64,000 bases of DNA. Source: a virus (lineage: Duplodnaviria; Caudoviricetes). Of this stretch, positions 1 to 7,717 are shown piece by piece. Under the pieces are notes generated by a model. The model was given only the letters and a program-made list of their open reading frames with translations. It made no database searches and was not told the origin of the DNA. Position 1 is the first letter of the stretch. The number at the start of each line of letters is the position of its first letter. The position numbers and the translations under genes were made by a program. The stretch lies in IMG/VR virus record IMGVR_UViG_3300021185_003947; one strand, written 5' to 3'.

Positions 1-316
1 CTGAAGCAACCAAAGTAAGTGTTGGCATACCTACAAACTTTACTGCCATAGCATTGAGAATTTTATTTCTCATTGAAGTATCTTGGTTAAATACAAAATT
101 CTCTAACCAATATACCTCGGCATGTTTAGAACGATTTGGGTTCCAATATGAAACTTCTTGTCTCATTGCAGGGCCAAAATCTTCAGAGTATTCGTATTCG
201 TTAATTTGACCCCTTTCTCTTAAAGTTTCTCTTTTAAAAAAATCAAGAACCCACTTATTAAAATAATTAAAATTATTTGGATCACGGGTCTGTTTTAACG
301 TTTTAAGCGAAATCAT
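1..316 (-). CDS. 5' part of a gene running off the left edge; candidate aGPT-Pplase/5-hmdU-DNA-kinase helical-domain family DNA-modifying enzyme
   Basis: Not in the ORF track. Manual translation from ATG at 316 (AAGGA RBS, overlaps the HAD stop) is open to position 1: MISLKTLKQTRDPNNFNYFNKWVLDFFKRETLRERGQINEYEYSEDFGPAMRQEVSYWNPNRSKHAEVYWLENFVF...KILNAMAVKFVGMPT. The spacing resembles the family pattern F.YW..ER...G...WT.DPIL..Y.F.N..R..D..T.WL. Family call is by eye. Confidence 0.5.
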   Translation of the reverse strand, partial: MISLKTLKQTRDPNNFNYFNKWVLDFFKRETLRERGQINEYEYSEDFGPAMRQEVSYWNPNRSKHAEVYWLENFVFNQDTSMRNKILNAMAVKFVGMPTLTLVAS

Positions 317-722
317 GCCGCACATTTTCCTTTTCAACTAAATCGTGTTGTAGCAATACCACATTAATGTGGGGCATCATTTTTCTAATGATTTCTGCTT
401 GAATTGGATCATCTTCATAATGTATTCCAAATCTATATCCAAGTGTTTCAAGATGAAAAAGTGTCCGGCCTTTATGGCGGCCGGAGTCTTCTCTTGATTT
501 TGATTCAAATGGTGTTGGATTTAAATACAATTCATTGGTTATATTTTTAGATTTAAGCATTGCTTCAGTTTCAGATCTTTCTTCATTAGATCGACCTGTA
601 ATGATAACATCTCTATCACCTGGATAAACACCATCATATTTATCCATAAAAATAACACCATCAATATCAAAAGAATTAATTATTTTATCTGGAACAGCAT
701 TTTGCTCTACATAATTATTCAT
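303..722 (-). CDS. HAD-superfamily phosphatase (small, capless)
   Basis: Motif I FDIDGV, motif II ITGR, Lys (RHKG), motif IV YEDD. Likely start ATG 722 overlaps the MIPS stop. Confidence 0.8.
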   Translation of the reverse strand: MNNYVEQNAVPDKIINSFDIDGVIFMDKYDGVYPGDRDVIITGRSNEERSETEAMLKSKNITNELYLNPTPFESKSREDSGRHKGRTLFHLETLGYRFGIHYEDDPIQAEIIRKMMPHINVVLLQHDLVEKENVRHDFA

Positions 723-2010
723 AATCAGTTTTTCCATCTTGGTATGTATATGGCAAATCTTTAGCTTTAGGATTAGATTTAGCTAATTGTGGCCGAGTCA
801 TATTAGTAAGCTCTCGACGAGCAAGGGCATCACATTCAAACTTTGCATCAGATGTTGTAAGCTGAACAGGTGGAGTTTTTTGTGTATAAGCACTTGGCCC
901 ACGAAGAATGCCAACAATTCCCATTTCAGCAGCTACTCGACAGAAACGAATTGCTGATATAACAACACCACCTGAGTTTGGTGAGTCTTGACATGATAGT
1001 CTAGCTTGAAGAGTATAACGAGCTCCACCAAATCCAAATGCTACAATATCAAGATCTGCAATCTTATTATCAGATCCAACATAATCACCACCTGGTTTTT
1101 GCATAACAGTTAGAGATGGGCCGGCATATAGTGTATCACCGGCATAGTCAACACCACGGACAGTATTCTGTCCTTTTAAAACATTTTCTTTTGAGATATG
1201 TTTATTATGTAAACGCTCTTTTTCAGCCATATTAATAAAGTCAGTGTTTGATGTAACACCATTACGAATATGTTCACGGCCTTGGGTTGCTCCACCAATT
1301 CGATTGGTTTGAGTATGATATGTAACATGTAAACCACCATCAATCATTGCACCCTGCAATACCTCAGATAAACGAGATGCTCCCCAAGCTGAACGCATAT
1401 CAGATCCAACAAAAGTAAGACCTGCATTAATAAATTTTTGTTCGATTTCTTGAGTTTCTTTTGTTTCAATCAATGTTGGAATACAATTAACAAAATGTAC
1501 TTCAGCAGCAAGAGCAACGTCTAAATAAAAGCGAGTAGCTTTTTCAGATCCAACTGGCAGATAATTAATAAGAACTTCGACACCAGATGATTTGATAAGA
1601 CTAACAATATCATCAAATGACTTAGCTGATTCAGCACCAACTCTAAATGATACTTCTTCAGGGTAATATTCCATCCATTCTGCAACACCATCAAGTGTTG
1701 GGCTTGAATACACTTGAGCGCCTTTGGCTACAGCTCCAGGTGAATTGTTTCCAGATTCTAATATTTCTTGAACATGATTCATTGCGCAATTTGGTTTTGC
1801 TCGTAAAGCTTCAATAAGAGGACGATTAACTTTACGACGGTCTACGTCAAAGCCAATTACAAATTCAACAGAGCTTGTATCGTATCCACCAATATCTGGA
1901 TACATAAGACCTACAGTATCATTTGGATTTTCATTATAATATTGCATGCCTTCAACAAGCGACTGTGCGCAGTTTCCTACACCAATAATACCAACTTTAA
2001 TTTTCTTCAT
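715..2010 (-). CDS. ino1: myo-inositol-1-phosphate synthase (bacterial/archaeal type)
   Basis: KVGIIGVGNCA NAD-binding start, FDVD..KV, NYLPVGS, VNCIP, NTDFINM, ISK, DSPNSGG and QKTPP all match the MIPS pattern. Confidence 0.92.
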   Translation of the reverse strand: MKKIKVGIIGVGNCAQSLVEGMQYYNENPNDTVGLMYPDIGGYDTSSVEFVIGFDVDRRKVNRPLIEALRAKPNCAMNHVQEILESGNNSPGAVAKGAQVYSSPTLDGVAEWMEYYPEEVSFRVGAESAKSFDDIVSLIKSSGVEVLINYLPVGSEKATRFYLDVALAAEVHFVNCIPTLIETKETQEIEQKFINAGLTFVGSDMRSAWGASRLSEVLQGAMIDGGLHVTYHTQTNRIGGATQGREHIRNGVTSNTDFINMAEKERLHNKHISKENVLKGQNTVRGVDYAGDTLYAGPSLTVMQKPGGDYVGSDNKIADLDIVAFGFGGARYTLQARLSCQDSPNSGGVVISAIRFCRVAAEMGIVGILRGPSAYTQKTPPVQLTTSDAKFECDALARRELTNMTRPQLAKSNPKAKDLPYTYQDGKTDYE

Positions 2011-2039
2011 TTTTACTTCCTTTATTTCAGTTTTTTAAA

Positions 2040-2071
2040 GTGAGATTGGCTGCATAAGCAGAGTAGCTCAC
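2040..2071 (-). other. Stem-loop in the 5' leader of the MIPS gene
   Basis: On the minus strand GTGAG/CTCAC outer stem, 5x5 internal loop, CTGC-TTAT-GCAG inner hairpin. Lies between the promoter and the RBS. Confidence 0.4.
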
Positions 2072-2100
2072 GTTATAGTTATAATAGTTTTAGTGATTAT

Positions 2101-2129
2101 ATTATATTACATTTTTAATAAAATGTAAA
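2101..2129 (-). promoter_or_regulatory. sigma70-type early promoter for the MIPS operon
   Basis: TTTACA-N17-TATAAT on the minus strand. Confidence 0.8.
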
Positions 2130-2137
2130 CTAAAAGT

Positions 2138-2671
2138 TTACAAATTAACCCATCTATATTTAAGACCAGCTTCTTTGTAATATGACTTAGATCTTTGCCA
2201 TGAGTCATGCCATTTTTCATCAATCTTTTGCCGTGGCATGACTAGTTCAGCAACTCCTACTTGAATAAGTCCTTTTGCGCAATCAGAACAAGTAGGAAGA
2301 CCTGATACGTAAACAGTTGATTTATTTAAACACACACCATTAAAAGATGCATTATAAATCATGTTCATTTCAGCATGAACAATTCTAACATATTTCTCTT
2401 TTCGATTACTATATAGGTTAGGACTATCAAGCATTCCTCGAGGAAATCCATTATATCCTTGAGCTAAGACTTGCCCTTTTGAACCTACAGCAATGGCTCC
2501 AATTTGGCTTGAAGGATCTTTAGACCATCCAGCAATAGTTTTAGCTAGCTCTAAATATCTTAGATCCCACTTATGTTGTCGGGCAAGAAAAGCTTTATCA
2601 TTTTTTTTATGAGCATTCTCTCTATCTTTCATATCATTATAATTATTTGACAAGATTAAAATGCCTTTCAT
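2138..2671 (-). CDS. cd: dCMP deaminase
   Basis: HAEMN and PTCSDC zinc motifs, WSKDPS, GYNGFPRG. True start may be the ATG at 2632. Confidence 0.93.
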   Translation of the reverse strand: MKGILILSNNYNDMKDRENAHKKNDKAFLARQHKWDLRYLELAKTIAGWSKDPSSQIGAIAVGSKGQVLAQGYNGFPRGMLDSPNLYSNRKEKYVRIVHAEMNMIYNASFNGVCLNKSTVYVSGLPTCSDCAKGLIQVGVAELVMPRQKIDEKWHDSWQRSKSYYKEAGLKYRWVNL

Positions 2672-3332
2672 ATACGTGAAGATTTTGTACCTGCCAGATC
2701 ATCATACCAGCGCTAACTGGATCTTTAACTATACAGATATTATTTAAATCATCTACTAATTTATTTTGTACATGTCGTTGCCAAGCATAATCGTTCTTAT
2801 AACCAAACACCACATCATTAGACCGCATTTGGACTACACAATGAAGTAAATTATCACGAATATAGTAAGTGACAGCGTTAGTACAAATGAAATCAGATTT
2901 TCCATTTTCGTTAAACTCCACCCAAATAGAAGGCCGATTGTAGATCATAGAAGCACGTCTACCATCGGGATTTTTGTCTAGTTCAGCCAATACGTTTTGA
3001 TATTGATCATAGTATTTATTCGAATAAATTAGATGACCATAGTTTGAATTAATTTCACCATGTGTATTAGCAGCATATTTCCAAGCAGCTGGAGCATCTT
3101 CGCCAGACTCTTTATTAATATCAAAGATATTAGTTGATTGGCTATCATACCAATCCAATTCTTTTTGAATATATGAAAGAGACGGTTTACCAAATATAGA
3201 TGGCTCATCAGCAATAAATGATGCACCAATCATTTCAATAGTGCGTGCGCCAGTTTTATCAATAGTAAATGCTTCATCATTTAATTCATCAATAAAGAAT
3301 TGACGAACATCTTTTACAGAATTCATTTTCAT
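2643..3332 (-). CDS. 42: dCMP hydroxymethylase (T4 gp42 homolog; thymidylate synthase fold)
   Basis: Collinear with T4 gp42: DKTG..TIE.IGASF.ADEP.IFG, GEINSNYG, DF.CTN, MRSNDVVFG.KNDYAWQ, LHVY.RHF. The Asp of NDYAW is the dCMP-specificity residue. Confidence 0.92.
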   Translation of the reverse strand: MKMNSVKDVRQFFIDELNDEAFTIDKTGARTIEMIGASFIADEPSIFGKPSLSYIQKELDWYDSQSTNIFDINKESGEDAPAAWKYAANTHGEINSNYGHLIYSNKYYDQYQNVLAELDKNPDGRRASMIYNRPSIWVEFNENGKSDFICTNAVTYYIRDNLLHCVVQMRSNDVVFGYKNDYAWQRHVQNKLVDDLNNICIVKDPVSAGMMIWQVQNLHVYERHFNLVK

Positions 3333-3736
3333 TGCTCACATACTCTCTTTCTTAGATCGCTTGTTGAAAAGCGATGATCACGTTTATTAAAATAAAGATC
3401 TATACCACGTTGTCGACATTCATCTTTACCAGTAAAATCTTTACTCCTATATTCTTCACCAAGTATCCTAACATCAATTGGATACATGTTTATTATATCA
3501 CATAAATCGCTTTCTGTACAATAAATAATCACTTCATCTACATATTTTATTGCATTGAGCTGTACCTGTCTTTCCACAATATTTTGAATTGGAGCATTCT
3601 TTTCTTTACGATCGATGGTAGGATCTACTTGCAGACCGCAGATCAAATAGTCACACTGTGACTTTGCTTCTCTGAGCATAGATACATGTCCAGCATGAAG
3701 TAAATCAAAAGTACTACAAGTAAATCCCACTTTCAT
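3329..3736 (-). CDS. HIGH-type cytidylyltransferase (TagD / glycerol-3-phosphate cytidylyltransferase-like)
   Basis: FDLLHAGH, KYVDEV, FSTSDLR. Its stop overlaps the gp42 start (ATGA). Confidence 0.88.
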   Translation of the reverse strand: MKVGFTCSTFDLLHAGHVSMLREAKSQCDYLICGLQVDPTIDRKEKNAPIQNIVERQVQLNAIKYVDEVIIYCTESDLCDIINMYPIDVRILGEEYRSKDFTGKDECRQRGIDLYFNKRDHRFSTSDLRKRVCEQ

Positions 3737-4041
3737 TAGTCGTGTTCTCCATTATTTCTACGACCGTTATATCCATCAATTCTATCAAAAAGCTTAGGAT
3801 TGCGCTTTGCAGTATCAAATGTGCCGACTGTAATCACAATTGCTGCTAATAGCAATGTATGAACGATTGCGTTAATACCCCAAAACATAATGCTTCCTAA
3901 ATACATAGAGCATACAGATACCCACATCCAAGCAAGTATCTGCATAATCAAATGTCTAACTTGAAGATTTGGTATATTTCTTAAAGGATTAATATCTGCA
4001 TCCATGACACTATTCCAAGCATCATTAATAAATTCTCTCAT
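3736..4041 (-). CDS. Hypothetical membrane protein (two predicted TM helices)
   Basis: Two hydrophobic segments (ILAWMWVSVCSMYLGSIMFWG; IVHTLLLAAIVITVG); coupled to its neighbours. Confidence 0.65.
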   Translation of the reverse strand: MREFINDAWNSVMDADINPLRNIPNLQVRHLIMQILAWMWVSVCSMYLGSIMFWGINAIVHTLLLAAIVITVGTFDTAKRNPKLFDRIDGYNGRRNNGEHD

Positions 4042-4384
4042 TGTCCGATCTCCCTACAGTTTCTCTTATGATATCGTTGTGGTTAAACTCAGCCCAGTAT
4101 AACTCAAAAGCTACACCAGGTTCAATACATTCAAATTGATGATAAACTCCTGGTTTCACTTTAGTATATTCACCAGCTTGTAAAATAGTTTCATCGATTA
4201 AATCGTAATCATTTTGCCATACGCGTACAAGCATTATTCCTGACTCGATATAGAAACCATTCCATTTGTACTCATGCAGATGTTTTGAGCATACTCCTGT
4301 AGCTTCCATTTCAATACGATGAAATTCTAAAGTGCCATTAGCTTCAATGAGTTCAGTCATTCCCCAGACTTTACCAGCTTTCAA
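4025..4384 (-). CDS. Cupin (RmlC-like) protein, possible sugar isomerase
   Basis: KVWG start, H.H..K...F.I.SG and VKPGVYHQF cupin metal motifs. Confidence 0.7.
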   Translation of the reverse strand: MKAGKVWGMTELIEANGTLEFHRIEMEATGVCSKHLHEYKWNGFYIESGIMLVRVWQNDYDLIDETILQAGEYTKVKPGVYHQFECIEPGVAFELYWAEFNHNDIIRETVGRSDNERIY

Positions 4385-4860
4385 TTATTTACTCCTTCAT
4401 AGTTAGCAAGAAATTCTCTATCAATTTCTAAAGACCAATCTTTAGTAACATATGTTTTACCATTCCATTTGTATGTACCAGCAAAAACATAATCACGAGT
4501 TTTTTTATCATTTAAATATATGATAACCCAATCAGGCTGATATAAGTTAGGATACTTTTTACGCTTTTCTTTCAAACGATATAATACATTAGGAATGTAA
4601 TTAAAAACTTTTGTTACTTTTACTTCAACATCAATACCTTCTGGAGATATTACATCCTGATATGGTAAAGGATTATCAGTAAAATTACATTTTTCAATAA
4701 GAAACTGTTCAGCCGCCAGACCGTACATACTAGTAACAGTAATATCATCAAGAGTTCTACCCTTTCGAGTAGACTCTTTATCAAAAATAAGTTGACTCTC
4801 AGCCTTTGCCTTGGCCAAGAGTTCTATCAAATTTATATCTTTAAGACTGAACGTTCTCAT
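4381..4860 (-). CDS. Putative PD-(D/E)xK nuclease
   Basis: G..AE helix followed by QD...DVEVK, the restriction-endonuclease-like signature. Confidence 0.5.
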   Translation of the reverse strand: MRTFSLKDINLIELLAKAKAESQLIFDKESTRKGRTLDDITVTSMYGLAAEQFLIEKCNFTDNPLPYQDVISPEGIDVEVKVTKVFNYIPNVLYRLKEKRKKYPNLYQPDWVIIYLNDKKTRDYVFAGTYKWNGKTYVTKDWSLEIDREFLANYEGVNN

Positions 4861-5212
4861 TTGGTTTTCCTTTAGGCACTATAGGACGATTTAGAAAATC
4901 ACGATCATCTGTCTGGCCATCAATGGCACCATTCATATAAGCAGCAAAGAATGACGCATAATTAGTAAGATCAACACATGAGTCTTCAAGGGACTCGAAA
5001 TTTGGTTCATAGTTTGGATCTAGTTCCATAGCCTCAAGAACAGATTGTAACCGCAAAACTTTTGCAGCCATAGTATCAAGAAGACTAGCGCAGCCTCGAG
5101 GATAATAATGAGCTTGTTTTACTCGAGAATTTGGATTTTGATAATCATTACTTTTTTTGATTTGTACTTCTGCACATTTTTGCAGAAATCTAATTGAATA
5201 TTTGTCTTTCAT
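4841..5212 (-). CDS. DUF1599 / nucleotide-modification-associated domain 1-like protein
   Basis: KKSNDY...KVLRL...EDSCVDLTNYA pattern. Start moved to internal Met (MKDKYS, ATG 5212). Confidence 0.6.
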   Translation of the reverse strand: MKDKYSIRFLQKCAEVQIKKSNDYQNPNSRVKQAHYYPRGCASLLDTMAAKVLRLQSVLEAMELDPNYEPNFESLEDSCVDLTNYASFFAAYMNGAIDGQTDDRDFLNRPIVPKGKPNENVQS

Positions 5213-5213
5213 T

Positions 5214-5402
5214 TTATAATCCTTTTTCTGTTGAAACATAGGCATTGTTTGCCTTTGCTTTTGATAAAGATCTTCTATTAAGATAATAATTTGGTTTCTC
5301 CAAATTAGTATGTTTTTTGATCCTGGATGTTGGAATTTTTTGAATTCTACCACCATTATCAAGATAAGCTTTTACTAAATTATTAATTTCAGCTTTATGC
5401 AT
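5214..5402 (-). CDS. Hypothetical early protein (62 aa)
   Basis: Tightly packed in the operon below the early promoter at 5607-5635. Confidence 0.55.
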   Translation of the reverse strand: MHKAEINNLVKAYLDNGGRIQKIPTSRIKKHTNLEKPNYYLNRRSLSKAKANNAYVSTEKGL

Positions 5403-5583
5403 CTGGCAATTCCTTTCTGTCTCGTTGAAAGATGATTTCTTCGATTTCTTCTAGAGTCTCTCTGCATGTAGCTAGAAGAGGAGAGTCTGATGCAAGGATA
5501 AGTCTCTTAGCAGCGAAGATTTGATCGTAACGATCTAGACCTGTAGGGATTTGATTAGCGATTGTTTGAGTAAATAGGTTCAT
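5395..5583 (-). CDS. Hypothetical early protein (62 aa)
   Basis: AAGGAG RBS; first gene after the early promoter. Confidence 0.65.
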   Translation of the reverse strand: MNLFTQTIANQIPTGLDRYDQIFAAKRLILASDSPLLATCRETLEEIEEIIFQRDRKELPDA

Positions 5584-5606
5584 TGGTAACTCCTTTTGTT
5601 ATATTC

Positions 5607-5635
5607 TTTATATAACACTTTTAAGCAAATGTAAA
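5607..5635 (-). promoter_or_regulatory. Early promoter driving the operon that contains gp42
   Basis: TTTACA-N17-TATAAA followed by GAATATAACAAA; near-copy at 32074-32102. Confidence 0.75.
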
Positions 5636-5650
5636 GGATTATTTTCAATA

Positions 5651-6586
5651 TTATGCATTTTTATATGCATATTCTATAGCTCTATCAGCTTCAATATTTA
5701 ATGGTCGTTTTTCATATCTACGGCTTGTTTCATTATCCAATTCTCTTACTAATTGTTCAATTTCATATGACGATATTGGATATTCTTTTTTAATAGCACT
5801 TATTGCTGTTGATACCATGATCTTATATATCATAGCGTATCTACCAGAATTATCAATACCAGATATAGCAAACCATTCTTTAATATGATTCTTATTAATA
5901 AATGGACAGTCTCTATATCCAGACCAATTAAAATTAGTATTTTCCATTTTATTTTTACGATGTTCTATAACCTGAGCTTGCATTTCAGGTGTAAGCCTAT
6001 CCATAAATGATGACCCTCGTTTTTCAGTATATGGATGTTTGGATATTAACTGCTCAGGATCAATATACACACCACTATTACTGAATATAAAATTGTTAGC
6101 GCCAGCATACGTTGCAGGGATGTAATACATTCGAGATAAATCTTTAGTTTGTCCATCTCCAATTTCGCCGAGTTCTTTATTGAGGGCGAACCAAAAATGT
6201 CTAATTTTATCAGATTTAATCTTTGCTTTAATTGGAAAGACAAGTCTAAACTTTGGATGATTATCGGAACTACTAGCAGTACTATAGCAAACATAATGAA
6301 AACTGCCGAAACGATTATATAATTCATCCTTTAGGTTTCCTTTAAACTCATGATCATCAACATCAACAGCAGTCCAACCTGACCAATCCAAAACATTTTT
6401 GTTTGCCCGAGTCGTATCATCAACATAACTAGCTGGTGATATAAGTTCAGCATCTTTTTTTCCTTTCCGAGGTATCTCAGACAATTTATACAACAGCTTC
6501 TCAAATTGAGAGAAGCTTTTAAATTTCATGTTACGATTAGTTTTGTTATCGTATATAGATTTAAAGAATGTCGCTGAGACTTCCAT
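5651..6586 (-). CDS. Archaeo-eukaryotic primase (AEP/prim-pol)-like protein
   Basis: AVDVDD, YSTAS...KFRLVFP and DLSRMYYIP motifs, with a helical C-terminal domain. Start moved to MEVSAT (6586). Confidence 0.7.
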   Translation of the reverse strand: MEVSATFFKSIYDNKTNRNMKFKSFSQFEKLLYKLSEIPRKGKKDAELISPASYVDDTTRANKNVLDWSGWTAVDVDDHEFKGNLKDELYNRFGSFHYVCYSTASSSDNHPKFRLVFPIKAKIKSDKIRHFWFALNKELGEIGDGQTKDLSRMYYIPATYAGANNFIFSNSGVYIDPEQLISKHPYTEKRGSSFMDRLTPEMQAQVIEHRKNKMENTNFNWSGYRDCPFINKNHIKEWFAISGIDNSGRYAMIYKIMVSTAISAIKKEYPISSYEIEQLVRELDNETSRRYEKRPLNIEADRAIEYAYKNA

Positions 6587-6974
6587 GATTACCTCTATGA
6601 GTTGGTGCAGTCCATCCTTCAGGCTTAAGCAAATCAGGCAATCCAAATGGATTAGGACGACCAGGCTTTACGCCAGGAGATTTAGTCATATTAGCATCAA
6701 ATACTTTTGTCCAAGCCTCATTACCATTTACACCTAAAACTTCAAGTGTACCAATAGCAAATACACACATATCAATTAAACCATCAACTACTTCTTCAGC
6801 ATCTTTTGCTTCAATAGCATCCATAGTCTCGTCATATTCTTCTTTAATCATTGACATACGAAATGCAAGATATTTTGCCATCAATTCCTTATTATCTTTA
6901 TTAGCTTCAAACCAATCATTTACTCCGAATTTTTTATGCATTTGCTCGATGTCATTAAACCATACTTTAGTCAT
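6561..6974 (-). CDS. MazG-like / PRA-PH all-alpha NTP pyrophosphohydrolase (candidate dCTPase/dUTPase)
   Basis: MIKEEYDE...EEVVDGLID acidic motif, V.DANMTK, GRPNPFGLPDLLKP. Confidence 0.8.
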   Translation of the reverse strand: MTKVWFNDIEQMHKKFGVNDWFEANKDNKELMAKYLAFRMSMIKEEYDETMDAIEAKDAEEVVDGLIDMCVFAIGTLEVLGVNGNEAWTKVFDANMTKSPGVKPGRPNPFGLPDLLKPEGWTAPTHRGNHGSLSDIL

Positions 6975-6999
6975 TTAGTTCTCCATTATTATATAAAGT

Positions 7000-7028
7000 A
7001 TTATAACATATTTTTAACAGCTTGTAAA
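7000..7028 (-). promoter_or_regulatory. Early promoter inside the 3' end of PMM
   Basis: TTTACA-N17-TATAAT. Confidence 0.7.
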
Positions 7029-7717
7029 TAAGAAAATGTATCTTCCCAACTATTCACTTGATATGTACTATTTTCTCCTCCACGATCATGTACAGCTAAT
7101 GCGATTTCATGATCATTTCCACCTTTATCACATTTGTCTCCAAAGAAATAGATAACATCTGAAGAATCAAAATCATCAAGAATTTGTGATTTATTATTTC
7201 CTTTAGCAGTAATATCTATACCGGTTTCGCCAGCGACTTGAAATTCAAACAATGGAAATCGCTCTCGTAGCTTAGCAGCAATATTATTTCTTTCATTAGT
7301 ATAATTGTCATATGCTACGTATTGAATTCGAGTACGATTACCTATATTTCTTCCTGGAATAGACAAGTTATATAGACCCGGACGTTCCTCAATATGCTGT
7401 CCGTTTTTAACTGGAAATGAACTGTCAGTAATTGCTTTGTTTAAATAGCCCCACATTTCATCTGGTAACTTTAAAGTAGAAGTACGAACATTCTTACCGC
7501 GTTCCCACACGTCATTTCCACAACATTGATAATTGCGCTTAGTCATTCCCCAAATAACTTCTCCAACTTGCTCTCGTGTTTTTTGAATATCGCTACCTGT
7601 TACTAAATACACTTTATTTAAAGTACAAAAATCAAAGAAAAACTTTGAAAACTCTTCATCCATTTTACCTCTGCTTGGAGTAAGAGTTCCATCAACATCA
7701 AAAATAAAATTAATCAT
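7001..7717 (-). CDS. Phosphomannomutase, eukaryotic HAD-IIB type
   Basis: FDVDGTLTP.R, VTGSD, IEER, IAGETGIDI, FFGDKC..GGND.EI. Confidence 0.85.
   Translation of the reverse strand: MINFIFDVDGTLTPSRGKMDEEFSKFFFDFCTLNKVYLVTGSDIQKTREQVGEVIWGMTKRNYQCCGNDVWERGKNVRTSTLKLPDEMWGYLNKAITDSSFPVKNGQHIEERPGLYNLSIPGRNIGNRTRIQYVAYDNYTNERNNIAAKLRERFPLFEFQVAGETGIDITAKGNNKSQILDDFDSSDVIYFFGDKCDKGGNDHEIALAVHDRGGENSTYQVNSWEDTFSYLQAVKNML

Noticed and set aside
2643-3332. Ordinary thymidylate synthase or dUMP hydroxymethylase
   Set aside because: Collinear with T4 gp42 and has Asp, not Asn, at the specificity position.
3329-3736. Cytidylyltransferase as proof of the inositol pathway on its own
   Set aside because: TagD-like genes are common in marine T4-like phages, and known inositol-1-P cytidylyltransferases belong to a different fold. 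It is used only as contextual support.
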